Below, piece by piece: positions 39,197 through 49,857 of a DNA stretch of 64,000 nt (within the stretch, counting starts at the first letter, position 1; the number at the start of each line of letters is the position of its first letter). Position numbers and translations under genes: made by a program. Origin of the DNA: Nitrospirales bacterium (GTDB lineage: Bacteria; Nitrospirota; Nitrospiria; Nitrospirales; UBA8639); contig OY820905.2 of assembly GCA_963555755.3 (NCBI GenBank), positions 3,904,001 to 3,968,000 of the forward strand, given 5' to 3'. The notes beneath the pieces are model-generated. The model saw nothing but the letters and a program-made list of their open reading frames with translations. It did not search any database and was not told where the DNA came from.

Positions 39197-40141
39197 ATGG
39201 GCCGTGTTGGCATCGTTACGCATCCTGCGTTTTTGGAACATGATATGGGTCGGCAACATCCGGAGTCGCCGGAGCGGTTGCGGGCGATATTGGCTCGGCT
39301 TGAATCGTCCGGGACAATGTCGAAGTTGACACGGATTGAGCCACGAAAAGCTGCGAACGAGTGGATTACCCGTATTCATGATCCTGCCTATGTGCAGCGG
39401 CTGGAAGAGAACGCTCCGAATGCGGGTTATGCTTCTCTTGATCCAGACACGTCCATGTCGCCTGGTTCATTGCCGGCTGCCTATTTAGCTGCTGGTGGGG
39501 CGATGGCAGCTGTTGATGCGATCATGGATAACCAAGTGGATCAGGTGTTTTGTGCGGTTCGTCCTCCTGGCCATCATGCCGAAGCCAATCGAGCCATGGG
39601 CTTTTGTTTGTTGAACAATGTGGCGATTGCGGCTCGGTATATTCAAGAGCGTCATGGCCTCAAGCGCGTATTGATTGTGGACTGGGATGTGCACCATGGT
39701 AATGGCACCCAGCATGTGTTTGAAGATGATCCGTCTGTTCTCTTTTTTAGCACGCACCAATATCCGTATTATCCTGGTACGGGGTCCGACAAGGAACGAG
39801 GCCGAGGTGAGGGCGAAGGTGCAACGATCAATGTGCCCATGTCTGGTGGGCAGGGGACAGACGACTTTCGAGAGATTTTCCAAAAAGTGTTACTCCCGGC
39901 GGCAGATGCATTTAAACCAGAGTTCGTCTTGATCTCCGCGGGCTTCGATGCCCATGAGGATGATCCCTTGGCGAGCATGAGCATTACCGATGAAGGCTAT
40001 GGCGAACTGACTCGCCTGGTTGTGGGCATTGCCAATACCCATTGTCATGGGCGGATCGTGGCGTGTTTGGAAGGGGGCTATGACCTTCGGGCGTTGTCGG
40101 CTTCCGTGGATCAACATCTTATGGCTTTGATGGACGCATAA
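39197..40141 (+). CDS. Histone deacetylase family amidohydrolase
   Basis: 'HPESPERL', 'RPPGHHA', 'DWDVHHGNGTQ', 'SAGFDAH', 'LEGGY'. Confidence 0.96.
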   Translation: MGRVGIVTHPAFLEHDMGRQHPESPERLRAILARLESSGTMSKLTRIEPRKAANEWITRIHDPAYVQRLEENAPNAGYASLDPDTSMSPGSLPAAYLAAGGAMAAVDAIMDNQVDQVFCAVRPPGHHAEANRAMGFCLLNNVAIAARYIQERHGLKRVLIVDWDVHHGNGTQHVFEDDPSVLFFSTHQYPYYPGTGSDKERGRGEGEGATINVPMSGGQGTDDFREIFQKVLLPAADAFKPEFVLISAGFDAHEDDPLASMSITDEGYGELTRLVVGIANTHCHGRIVACLEGGYDLRALSASVDQHLMALMDA

Positions 40142-40144
40142 CCC

Positions 40145-41473
40145 ATGTTCAGACGGCGACGAAGAAGACACCGAAGAGGTAAAAGAAATTGGCTTGTTCT
40201 TTTGGGCTTTCTGTTTGTTGCCCCTGTGGTGGTCTATTTTTTTTATACGGAAATTCGACCGACCGTTATTTTTGGCCTCCGCGATGATTATGCTCATGCC
40301 ATTCCTTTCCAAGAAGTGCCCGTTGGGTTAGAGAGCCTCAAAGCGGAAGAATGTGGCCGGTGTCATCAAGACATCTACGAAGAGTGGAAGACCAGTATTC
40401 ATGCTCACGCGTATAAAGATCCTTTCTTTCAAGCCTATTGGAAAAGGGATGACAATGTGTGGGTCTGCCTGAACTGTCATACGCCGTTAGAGAACCAACA
40501 ACCCACGCTCATTCAAAGCATTCCGAATAATCGTGTGGAGAAGGCTATTCAAGTCAAAAACCCGAGGTATGATCATGCCTATCAGCAGGAAGGTGTGAGC
40601 TGTGCAGCCTGTCATGTACGCAATGGGGTGATTTTTGGACCCTTCGATGATTCGGTCGCGCCGCATCCCACGGAATATGACCCGGCTTTTCGGACCACGG
40701 CCATGTGTTATCGCTGTCACAACGTGGTTTCGGGGCCATTTCAGTTTTATAATGTCGGCCCCTGTGGGACCTATCCCGAATATGAAGGTGAGTTCTTCAT
40801 GAAGGAAAAAGGCCATATCTGCCAAACGTGCCATATGCCGGAGGTGTCGAGACCTGCGGCGAAAGGCGGCCCCATTCGACAAGGACGGAAACATCTATGG
40901 CGGGGTGGGCATGATCCCGAAATGATCAAACGGGCCGTGGCCATTCAAGTTCAGGCTAATCCGCCCAACCCTAAGCCCGGCGATACCGTGAATATGACTC
41001 TCACGTTGATCAATGCCGGCGCGGGTCATAAAATTCCAACTGGGGATCCGGATCGTCATTTTACCGTGGAATTTTATGTGAAAGACAAGGCCGGTACGGT
41101 GTTGGAAGAGCAAACGGAGACTATGGGCCGGTGGATTCTTTGGCAGCCTGTGATCGTGGAATTATACGACAACCGGTTGTTGCCGCTGGCCAGCCGGGAC
41201 TACCAATTTTCCTATCAAATCCCTCGAGGACGTGAAGACTTGGTTGTCGAGGCTCGAGTTCGCTATCATATCCTCACAGATGGTCAGCATGCCATGTTAC
41301 GGGATACCTATGGAATGCGATCCGATGAACCGTATCGCTTTCAGATTTATCAGCGCGAGTTCCCCTTAGGCGAGAAGCTGAGTGTGGCGCTGAATGATCA
41401 ACCCGTGGATCCACGGATTGGGTGCTCAAAGGATTCACAGGATCTCAGTTTACAACATGGCTCTTTAGGTTAA
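40145..41473 (+). CDS. Membrane-anchored pentaheme c-type cytochrome
   Basis: Five CxxCH motifs (CGRCH, CLNCH, CAACH, CYRCH, CQTCH); Arg-rich N-terminus plus TM. Confidence 0.9.
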   Translation: MFRRRRRRHRRGKRNWLVLLGFLFVAPVVVYFFYTEIRPTVIFGLRDDYAHAIPFQEVPVGLESLKAEECGRCHQDIYEEWKTSIHAHAYKDPFFQAYWKRDDNVWVCLNCHTPLENQQPTLIQSIPNNRVEKAIQVKNPRYDHAYQQEGVSCAACHVRNGVIFGPFDDSVAPHPTEYDPAFRTTAMCYRCHNVVSGPFQFYNVGPCGTYPEYEGEFFMKEKGHICQTCHMPEVSRPAAKGGPIRQGRKHLWRGGHDPEMIKRAVAIQVQANPPNPKPGDTVNMTLTLINAGAGHKIPTGDPDRHFTVEFYVKDKAGTVLEEQTETMGRWILWQPVIVELYDNRLLPLASRDYQFSYQIPRGREDLVVEARVRYHILTDGQHAMLRDTYGMRSDEPYRFQIYQREFPLGEKLSVALNDQPVDPRIGCSKDSQDLSLQHGSLG

Positions 41474-41499
41474 TTTAGCTGAGGAATAGGAACACATTT

Positions 41500-42369
41500 A
41501 TGACCAGTGCATGGTTAATTGATACGGAAACCCTAGCTCAGAATTTGGGTCGGGATGATTTGGTGATTATTGATGTCCGTGGGCCAGGTGCCTATTCGTC
41601 GCATATTCCAGGTGCGATCAACAGCACCTGGCATGAGTATAGCGATCCCGAGGCCACCGCCAAGGGGGTGTTGGATCCGGATATTTCTCGTTTGGAACAA
41701 CGGTTACGGGCGTTGGGCATTAATAACTCCAGCGATATCGTCATCTATTGCAATCCTTTTGATAATTGGGGTGACGAAGGCAGAATGTTTTGGATGCTGC
41801 AGTACTTGGGACATCCCAGCGTCAAGGTCTTAGATGGGGGATGGGTAAAATGGACAACTGAAGCACGCCCCTATGGACATGATCCAGTCAAACTTCCTCC
41901 TGGCGATTTTACGGCTTCGCCCAACCCTGAAGTCATGATGTTGAAAAATGAGCTCAAAAAACTCGTGAAACGACCCCACGCCGAATCGGTTGTGCTCGAT
42001 GCCAGAAGCGTCGAAGAATATGCCGGGAAGGAAATTGATGGGCTTCCCCGAGCGGGCCATATTCCCTCAGCCCTCAACATTCCCTGGAATGGGTTTCTCA
42101 ATCACGACGGAACGTTGAAGGAGTTGTCCGTTATTCGTGATATATTCCAGGACCGTGGTCTGCATCCGAGCCAAGAGGTGATTACCTATTGTTTGGGCGG
42201 TGTTCGATCCGCGTGGGTCTATTTTGTCCTGAAATTGGCTGGGTATGAAAAGGTGAGGAATTATCCGGGATCGTGGTGGGAATGGAGCCGGGATTTCGCG
42301 GCTCCTGCGGAAAAGGACGTCAAACTCCTTCATAAAGTGTCGGGTCAATCCCAAGCGCAATCTTCTTGA
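41500..42369 (+). CDS. Tandem-rhodanese sulfurtransferase
   Basis: 'HIPGA', 'VLDGGW', 'YCLGGVRS', 'YPGSWWEW'. Confidence 0.93.
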   Translation: MTSAWLIDTETLAQNLGRDDLVIIDVRGPGAYSSHIPGAINSTWHEYSDPEATAKGVLDPDISRLEQRLRALGINNSSDIVIYCNPFDNWGDEGRMFWMLQYLGHPSVKVLDGGWVKWTTEARPYGHDPVKLPPGDFTASPNPEVMMLKNELKKLVKRPHAESVVLDARSVEEYAGKEIDGLPRAGHIPSALNIPWNGFLNHDGTLKELSVIRDIFQDRGLHPSQEVITYCLGGVRSAWVYFVLKLAGYEKVRNYPGSWWEWSRDFAAPAEKDVKLLHKVSGQSQAQSS

Positions 42370-42398
42370 TGTCACACGAAAAGCATGCGAGGATGTAC

Positions 42399-42428
42399 CA
42401 ACAAGGGAAGTTATTCTTGTGCGAACCC
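42399..42428 (+). repeat. Solo arm of MITE family A
   Basis: caacaagggaagttattcttgtgcgaaccc followed by TAA. Confidence 0.7.
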
Positions 42429-42485
42429 TAAGGTCTGATCATTCGTGGAAGTTATTCTTAACCATATCTTAGTGGAGGTCTGAAA

Positions 42486-42824
42486 ATGGGGCAAAGAGTT
42501 CTTTTCGCAGCGATGTTGATAGGTGCAGTGTTGTTTATTTCCAGTCCAGTATTCGCAGGGATGAATGCTCATGTTGCAGAAGCCATTACTCATGCGGAAC
42601 AAGCGGTCGACCATGGGGGCCAGGGGCATGCCGGAGTGCTTGTGGAACATGCCCAAGAAGCCTTGGGGCATGCGCATGCCGCGCAAAAAGAAGTGACAAA
42701 TCCACACTTGGATGCCGGTGTGGAAGAATTGGAAAAAGCGATTGACCATGGTGGACAAGGCCATGCTGGAGTTGCGACCAAGCATGCTCAGAGTGCGGTC
42801 GGGCATCTTAAAGAAGTGCCCTGA
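42486..42824 (+). CDS. smbP: Small metal-binding protein SmbP-like
   Basis: Signal peptide and periodic His repeats ('HAEQAVDHGGQGHA'). Confidence 0.85.
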   Translation: MGQRVLFAAMLIGAVLFISSPVFAGMNAHVAEAITHAEQAVDHGGQGHAGVLVEHAQEALGHAHAAQKEVTNPHLDAGVEELEKAIDHGGQGHAGVATKHAQSAVGHLKEVP

Positions 42825-42854
42825 TTACGATTCTTTTTCAGGAATCATGAGCGG

Positions 42855-42885
42855 AAAAACGGGCAGGGTGTACCTGCCCGTTTTT
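42855..42885. terminator. Rho-independent terminator
   Basis: aaaaacgggcagg-gtgta-cctgcccgttttt. Confidence 0.8.
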
Positions 42886-42906
42886 ATTTGAGGGGCTGGA
42901 CCAATA

Positions 42907-43716
42907 TTGAAAGTTGGCTATTTTCAATCTCATCCAGAATTTGGTGAAGTCAAAAAAAATCTGGACCAGTTTGCTTCACGATTGGGAACGGTTGATTGTG
43001 AACTGCTCGTTCTTCCTGAGTTGGCCTTTTCCGGGTATCAGTTTGTGAGTCAGGAGGAAGTGCTCGACCTTTCCGAACCGGTCCCGGATGGCCCCACAAC
43101 CCAAACGTGTCTTGATCTGGCTCGGCAACATGGCATGCACTTGGTTATCGGGTTGCCTGAGCGGGAAGGCAATCAGTGTTACAACTCCGCAATCGTAGTG
43201 GGGCCTTCGGGGTATGTGGGGTGCTACCGCAAAACGCATTTGTTTTTCGAAGAGACTTTGTTTTTCATGCCTGGCAACTCGGGCCTTCAAGTCTGGGATA
43301 TTGGGCAGGCCCGGATTGGGGTCATGGTTTGTTTTGATTGGTATTACCCGGAAGTGGCCAGAACGTTGGCGCTCAACGGTGCAGACATTCTGTGTCACCC
43401 TTCGAATTTAGTCCTTCCCCATTGTCCCGATGCTATGGTGACTCGATCGTTAGAAAATCGAGTCTTTACCGTGATGGCGAATCGAATTGGGCAAGAAGCC
43501 CGAGGAGGTAAAGCACCGCTCACCTATATTGGAAAAAGCGAAGTGGTCTCACCCAAAGGGAAGATCCTTAACCGGGCGCCGATTGATCGAGAAGAATTGA
43601 AGGTCGTGAACATCGATGTCAATGAAGCCCGCGACAAATGCATTAATCCGTACAATGATTTGTTGAAAGATCGCCGGCCTGAGATGTATGTCTCGGACGT
43701 AAAGCGTAATCCGTGA
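42907..43716 (+). CDS. Carbon-nitrogen hydrolase (nitrilase superfamily)
   Basis: 'VLPEL', 'YRKTHLF', 'VCFDW' E-K-C triad. Confidence 0.93.
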   Translation: MKVGYFQSHPEFGEVKKNLDQFASRLGTVDCELLVLPELAFSGYQFVSQEEVLDLSEPVPDGPTTQTCLDLARQHGMHLVIGLPEREGNQCYNSAIVVGPSGYVGCYRKTHLFFEETLFFMPGNSGLQVWDIGQARIGVMVCFDWYYPEVARTLALNGADILCHPSNLVLPHCPDAMVTRSLENRVFTVMANRIGQEARGGKAPLTYIGKSEVVSPKGKILNRAPIDREELKVVNIDVNEARDKCINPYNDLLKDRRPEMYVSDVKRNP

Positions 43717-43779
43717 TGCGTAATGAGTAAAAGAGTAATGTGTTTTTACGCCTTACGCATCACGCTTCATGCATCACGA

Positions 43780-44664
43780 TTAGATCACGAGCAAGATTAT
43801 CGTGCCGAGAACGACGCGGTAATAGCCAAAGACTTTGAGCGTGTGTCGTTTGACGTAGGTTAAGAAAGATGCGATGACCGCCCACGCCACGAGGAAGGAC
43901 ACGAACATGCCAATCAGTAGCGCAAAGATATCGTCGGCGCCAAACAGATGAATGGATTGCGCGAGTTTATAGATGGTCGCGGCAAACATGGTTGGCAAGG
44001 CGAGAAAGAACGAAAATTCAGTGGCGACCTTTCGGTCTAGGCCAAGCAGCAACCCCCCGACAATGGTTGATCCGGAGCGGGACATGCCTGGAATGAGAGC
44101 CATACATTGGGCGATTCCCACACCGACTGCTGCAGTGAGCCCGACCTGTTCGAGTTGAGTAATTTTGACGGTTTTAGGCCACGTTTCCACCACGAGAATA
44201 ATGACTCCGCCAATGATTAAGCTGATGCCCACGGTATTGGGGGAAAAGAGATGGGTTTCGATCCACTCATGCGTCAAAAGGCCTACCACGGCCGCGGGTA
44301 TAAACGCGGCTCCCAGACCCAACAGGAACCACATATTTCGATGGTTGCGTATAGACTGGCGAAGATACGATTGCCATGACTGCCGGCTTCCTGGGGTGCG
44401 TGTCGCCATAATGCCCTGTCGGAATTCATGTTGTTCACGAAGACCATGGCAGACCAATCCAAAAATTTTTCCCCGTTCATATACAACAACGGCCAGGACC
44501 GCACCAATTTGAATGCAGATCTCTACACTAATGGCCATGTCCCCGGTAAAACCGAGATAATGTCCCAAAAGAATGAGATGGCCGGTTGACGAGACGGGCA
44601 GGAATTCGGTGAGTCCTTCTAAAAATCCGAGCAGTGCCGCTAATCCCGGTCCAAATTGTTCCAT
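43780..44664 (-). CDS. uppP: Undecaprenyl-diphosphate phosphatase
   Basis: 'EGLTEFLPVSSTGHL', 'PGMSRSGSTI', 'FSFFLALP'. Confidence 0.96.
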   Translation of the reverse strand: MEQFGPGLAALLGFLEGLTEFLPVSSTGHLILLGHYLGFTGDMAISVEICIQIGAVLAVVVYERGKIFGLVCHGLREQHEFRQGIMATRTPGSRQSWQSYLRQSIRNHRNMWFLLGLGAAFIPAAVVGLLTHEWIETHLFSPNTVGISLIIGGVIILVVETWPKTVKITQLEQVGLTAAVGVGIAQCMALIPGMSRSGSTIVGGLLLGLDRKVATEFSFFLALPTMFAATIYKLAQSIHLFGADDIFALLIGMFVSFLVAWAVIASFLTYVKRHTLKVFGYYRVVLGTIILLVI

Positions 44665-44787
44665 GCGAGAAATCTTTCTGGGGAAAATGTGAAAATATTA
44701 GGTGATGGGTGACTCTGAAAGGACTCTTTCGGCGGATTCGGGCTCGAAATGGAGGGGTTGATAGGGTAAAGGCCACAGATGTTTTGT

Positions 44788-46691
44788 CAGGGCTATTTCA
44801 TATTAAAGTGTAACTTTATAGATAATAAGGAATAATCGATTTAGGCTGGCTTTTTCTTTTCGTTTACGGCATACTCTTTTGCATGCCAGACGAATCGCCA
44901 AGCGGACAGCCGGACATTGATCTGAGGCAAGTCGTGGTTCGCCCAATTGTCCGAGACGAAAAGGACGCCTTCAAGACCCTTCTCGACAGACACCACTACC
45001 TCGGTCATGCCCCGCTGATTGGCCAATCGATACAATATCTCGCCTGTGTGCAGGATCGCTGGCTGGCCTTGCTGGTGTTTGCGGCGGCGGCCCTCAAATC
45101 GAGACCGCGAGACCACTGGATCGGCTGGCCCCCCTGTTTTCAATGGCAACGACTCCATTTACTGGCCAACAACACCCGGTTTCTCATGCTGCCGGGCTGT
45201 TCGCAAAAGAACCTCGCCTCGAAAGTCCTGTCGCTCTGCGCGAAACGGATCTCGTCCGATTGGCAACTGTACCACGGCTACCCCTTGCTCCTCTTAGAGA
45301 CCTTCGTCGATCCTGCCCGCTTCACCGGGACCTGCTATCGGGCCGCCGGGTGGCACGAGCTCGGTCTGACACGAGGGTTTCGCAAGTCGAACACGTGTTA
45401 TGTTCAGCATGAGAGACCGAAGCGCATCCTAGTCGTGCGGCTGCATCCCCAAGCCCGAGAGATCCTTGCACGCCCGATGCTTGATCAGCCCTATCAGAAA
45501 GGAGAAGCGCCTCAGATGAGATTGAATACAAAACAGACGGACTCCCTCTTTACGTATGTGGTGCAGCTGACCGATCCCCGCCATTTGCAAGGGCAACGGC
45601 ACACCCGACGCGCCCTCACGGCGATCATGTTCTGTGCCACCTTGTGCGGCGCGCGCGGCTATGAAGCGATCTCGGACTGGGCCCAGCAGTTATCGCAGCC
45701 GATGCGCAAGCGGCTAGGCTGTACTCAGCGAGGGGGGCGCTACCTCGTCCCGAGCCGCAGCACTCTTTACCGCTTTATCACGGCCGTCGACCCCTGTGAA
45801 GTCGATACCCTGCTCGGCCGGTGGCTGGACACCTTCGGCGGGGAGGATCAGGGCATTGCCATTGATGGGAAGACCATGCGGGGGACGTCGAAGGTCCCAA
45901 GCGAACAGCCCCACGTCCTCAGCGCCGTCACCCATCAAGCCGGGCGCCACCTCACCCAAAAAAAGTTCACTCCAAGACCAATGAGATCCCCTGCGTGCGG
46001 CCCCTGTTAGATGCGCTCGAGATCGCAGGGAAGGTGATCACGGCGGATGCGCTCCTCACCCAGAAAGAGATTGCCGAGTACCTGGTGCACGAACGCGGCG
46101 CCGACTTCGTCTTCACCGTCAAGGGAAACCAGCCCACCTTGAAGCACGACATTGAGGCCTTAGCGTTGCGAGCACGCCGGTGCGATTATGCCACCACCGA
46201 GAAAGGCCATGGGCAGATCACGACCCGCAGGATCTGGTGCGATGACTCCCTGAATGCCTATGTCAACTTTCCTCATGTCCAGCAAGTCTTCTGCATTGAG
46301 AGGGAAGTGACGCATCTCAAGCAGGGCCTCACGACCGTCGAAGCGGTCTGCGGTGTCACGAGTCAGTCCAAAGACAAGGCGGGGCCGAAGACCATCCTCT
46401 CGCAAAACCGAAAGCATTGGAGTGTGGAGAATAAGCAGCATTATGTGTTGGACGTCACCTTTGATGAAGACAGGAGTCAGATACGAAGTCTCAATGGCCC
46501 AATGGTCATGACCTGTCTGAGACGCTATGCCATCAGTCTCTTACGCCTGAAAGGCTACACCAATATCGCGCAGGCGTGTAGACTGCTCTGGGGCAAGCCC
46601 CATTTAGCCATCCGCATGGCCCTGCCCTGAAAAAGAGGGCACAAAAAACCTCATGGAATCCCTTGCTTATAAAAAGAATGAAATGGCCCTG
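44788..46691 (+). mobile_element. ISAs1-family insertion sequence (1904 bp)
   Basis: IRs cagggctatttcat / atgaaatggccctg (13/14 match). Perfect 10-bp TSD gatgttttgt at 44778-44787 and 46692-46701. Confidence 0.95.
44883..46630 (+). CDS. DUF4338-fused ISAs1 DDE transposase, with -1 frameshift at 45959-45965
   Basis: N-terminal 'HHYLG...NNTRFL...LETFVD..RFTGTCYRAAGW', then 'AIDGKT'. The -1 frame supplies 'KTNEIP', 'ITADA', 'VKGNQPTL', 'HWSVEN', 'LDVTFDED'. Confidence 0.9.
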
Positions 46692-47020
46692 GATGTTTTG
46701 TGGGGAGCTATTGACAAAAATTTGTTCCCCTTTATGCTAGGCCTCTCTACCTAGTGAGAGAGCCTAGGCATGCAAACCAAATCGGACCATGAATCCATTT
46801 TGGAAGACCGAAAAGTCTAGCCTGTCCGGGATAAATGATCGTCAGTCCCATTCTGTCATTTCGAGTGCAAGGAGAAATCTCTCCGTTGGTGGTAGGATCC
46901 ATTACCAAGCGTGGCAGGGAAAGGGAGATTTCTCCCAAGGGTCGAAATGACCAGGGCTGGTCCCCCAAGGTTGCCAGCCTGTCATAGTGAAGATAACCTT
47001 TTTGACACAATGAGGGCCAG

Positions 47021-47806
47021 ATGAACAGGAAACACGATGAACGTGGGCCAGTCACTCGACTGTTGATGATGATCAGTCTGATGGTGTTGGCGGGTCTGAT
47101 GCTGAGTGGCTGTTTGGTTTCAGAAAAGAAATACAAAGCCGCGGTGGCTGATATGGAATCCGCCAAAATTGACCTTGAAAAAAGTCGGATGATGCGGGAA
47201 GCCGTGGAACAGGAAAATGACAAACTGAGAAATGAAAATGAAAAAGTAGCGATGGATCTGGAAATGATGGCTGTGGAAATCCAACGGATTAAAGAAGGCC
47301 GGGAGAATGAACGGGATCTTCTGTCCACGCGTGAAGCCGAAGTGGTCAAAAAGGGCCACATGATCACGGCCAAGTTCGGAAAACTCAAGCAAAATCATCA
47401 AAAACTCAAAAGCCAAAACCGCGCATTGAAAGATACGGTTCGCCGGTATCAAAAAGAGTTAAAAGAGGCTCGACAGGCGAAAGCCAAACAGGTCGCGAAG
47501 GTCCCGGCGTCGATGACACCCAAGGCGCCGCTGTCTAGAACGAAAGCCAGGGTGGCGTCCAAACCCAAACCGTCGTCCGCATCGGTTCCTGTCGTGACCC
47601 CGATCAAGGGTGGCCTCGCTCCCGTGAATATCAATACAGCTTCGGTCAATGATTTGGTCCTCTTTTTGGGACTCACGAAAAACATGGCCGAAAAAGTCAT
47701 TGCCAATCGGCCCTACCGTCTTCGCGGAGAGTTGGTCGCCAAGCAGGTCGTACCCAAGGCCACATTCGATGTGATTAAGGATCGGATTTCAGCGGCGCGG
47801 AAGTAA
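47021..47806 (+). CDS. Coiled-coil lipoprotein with C-terminal helix-hairpin-helix domain
   Basis: Lipobox 'LSGC', heptad region, ComEA-like 'VNINTAS..L..FLGL...AEKVIANRPY'. Confidence 0.75.
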   Translation: MNRKHDERGPVTRLLMMISLMVLAGLMLSGCLVSEKKYKAAVADMESAKIDLEKSRMMREAVEQENDKLRNENEKVAMDLEMMAVEIQRIKEGRENERDLLSTREAEVVKKGHMITAKFGKLKQNHQKLKSQNRALKDTVRRYQKELKEARQAKAKQVAKVPASMTPKAPLSRTKARVASKPKPSSASVPVVTPIKGGLAPVNINTASVNDLVLFLGLTKNMAEKVIANRPYRLRGELVAKQVVPKATFDVIKDRISAARK

Positions 47807-47887
47807 ATCGTTGGCGTGAAGCGTAATGCGTGATGAGTAGGGAGAAAACCAATTTTTATTTACGCGTGACGCGTCACGGATCACGCT

Positions 47888-48592
47888 TCACGTCTCTGTC
47901 CCATCAGTTATTTTCCCATCCACAATATGAATGATGCGGTCTGCCTGGTCCGAGAGACGTTCGTTGTGTGTCACAATCACAATGGCCGTTCCTCGTTTCT
48001 GATTCAGGGTTCTCAATATCTCAAAGATTGACTGGCCCGTGTGTGCGTCTAAATTCCCTGTGGGCTCGTCTGCTAAGACCAGATCGGGATTTTGAATTAA
48101 GGCACGCGCCACAGCCACCCGCTGTTGTTCACCACCAGACAATTCGCCAGGTTTGTGATGTACGCGATGGCCCAGGCCAACTTCTGACAGGAGGGTGGTC
48201 GCTTCTTCAAGGATTTCGTGTTTTGGACGTTTTTGCATCAAAGCGGGAAGGTACGTGTTTTCAAGAGCCGTGAATTCCGGCAGGAGATGATGAAATTGAA
48301 ACACGAACCCGATTCGTCGGTTTCGAAATGTGGCTAATTGGGTTTCAGAGAGACGAAATACATCTTGTCCTTCATACAAGACCGTCCCGCTGGTGGGGTG
48401 ATCGAGTGTGCCAAGGATGTGGAGAAACGTACTTTTGCCTGCACCGGATGCCCCGACCATTGCGAGCATTTCGCCTCGATGAAGGGTAAAGTTGATCCCG
48501 TTCAACACGTCCACGGTTTGAGTGCCAAGCACGAACGATTTATACACATCGTTCACCTGGAGAAACGGGCTGTCCACGTTAGCGTGACTCAT
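47888..48592 (-). CDS. lolD: Lipoprotein-releasing ABC ATPase
   Basis: 'GASGAGKST', 'GFVFQFHHLLPEF', 'LSGGEQQR', 'DEPTGNLD'. Confidence 0.93.
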   Translation of the reverse strand: MSHANVDSPFLQVNDVYKSFVLGTQTVDVLNGINFTLHRGEMLAMVGASGAGKSTFLHILGTLDHPTSGTVLYEGQDVFRLSETQLATFRNRRIGFVFQFHHLLPEFTALENTYLPALMQKRPKHEILEEATTLLSEVGLGHRVHHKPGELSGGEQQRVAVARALIQNPDLVLADEPTGNLDAHTGQSIFEILRTLNQKRGTAIVIVTHNERLSDQADRIIHIVDGKITDGTET

Positions 48593-48597
48593 AAAAA

Positions 48598-49857
48598 TTA
48601 TTCATACCGAAGGGCACTGACCGGAGCGAGTTTTGCCGCTTGCCAGGATGGGTAAAGGGTAGCCGCAAAGCTGATGAGGAGCGCCGAACAGGCCACCAGC
48701 AAGACATCCAAGCCTTGAACATGGACGGGAATGTGGGAGATGTAATACACCGTCTGGTCGAAAGTCCAATAATGTTCAATGAGCCAAAGAAACGTGTAGC
48801 CCAATGGAATGCCAATGGCCGTTCCCGTCAATCCAATTACCAAACCGTTTAACATGAAAATTTGCATGATAGCCTTGGGTGTCGCGCCCATGGCTTTGAG
48901 AATGGCTATTTCTCGTTGTTTCTCGGTCACGATCATCGTGAGCGTGCTCACGATGTTAAATGATGCCACCAAGGTAATCAGGACGAGTAGCAGGAACATC
49001 ATGGTCTTTTCAAGCTTCAGGGCAGAGAAGAGATTTCGGTTCAATTCCATCCAATCTCTGGCGGAATAGCCGGGGCCGAGTGTGGCATTCAGACGTGTAG
49101 CAATAACGTTGGCAGTAAACACGTCTTCAACTTTGACTTGAATGCCTGTGACGGTATTGCCCAGACTGAAAAATTTTTGTGCTTCCTTTAACGAGATATA
49201 GGCCAAAGAGGAATCGTACTCATACATGCCCGATTCAAAAATGCCTACGACTTGAAAAGGTCGAATCTTCGGCGTCATGCCCAGGGCGCTAATTGGACCA
49301 ACTGGCGACACCACATTCACACGGTTGCCAACAAACAGCCCGAGACGCAATGCCAATTCTTTTCCCAAAATAATCCCTGGCTGGGAATTAGCTAAAGACC
49401 CGTCTTCTGTTGTCACGACAGGCGGATTGGCCAAATCCTTGACCTTTCCATACTTCACGTTCTCAGCCACTTCTGTCACGTCCGGTTCTTTGTCAGGGTC
49501 GATGCCACGAAGAATAATGCCCTGGACCCCTGTTTTCGAGGTCAGCAAGACTTGCTTGAAAATGTAGGGAGTGGCGGCAATGACTCCCGGCACACCTTCC
49601 ACCTTGGTCACGAGGTCGGTGTGTCCAGCCATGGTTTGACGACCGCGTTCTTGGATCACGATGTGAGACGTTGTGCCTAAGATCTTGGCCTGCATGTCTT
49701 CCTTAAAACCCGTCATGATTCCCAACGTGCCAATGAGTGCGGCGACGCCAAGGGTAATTCCTGCGATCGAAATAAAGGTATTAAACGAAATGGTGCGAGT
49801 GCGGCGTTTTGCTCGCAAGTAACGAAGCCCGATAAAAATTTCGTAAGGCAGAGTCAC
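48598..49857 (-). CDS. lolC: Lipoprotein-releasing ABC permease LolC/E
   Basis: 'IGLRYLR', '[10 protein letters not shown]', '[14 protein letters not shown]'; adjacent to lolD. Confidence 0.9.
   Translation of the reverse strand: MTLPYEIFIGLRYLRAKRRTRTISFNTFISIAGITLGVAALIGTLGIMTGFKEDMQAKILGTTSHIVIQERGRQTMAGHTDLVTKVEGVPGVIAATPYIFKQVLLTSKTGVQGIILRGIDPDKEPDVTEVAENVKYGKVKDLANPPVVTTEDGSLANSQPGIILGKELALRLGLFVGNRVNVVSPVGPISALGMTPKIRPFQVVGIFESGMYEYDSSLAYISLKEAQKFFSLGNTVTGIQVKVEDVFTANVIATRLNATLGPGYSARDWMELNRNLFSALKLEKTMMFLLLVLITLVASFNIVSTLTMIVTEKQREIAILKAMGATPKAIMQIFMLNGLVIGLTGTAIGIPLGYTFLWLIEHYWTFDQTVYYISHIPVHVQGLDVLLVACSALLISFAATLYPSWQAAKLAPVSALRYE

Noticed and set aside
44883..46010. Druantia defence system
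   Set aside because: Only a DUF4338 domain inside an IS; no DruE-like helicase or other dru genes.
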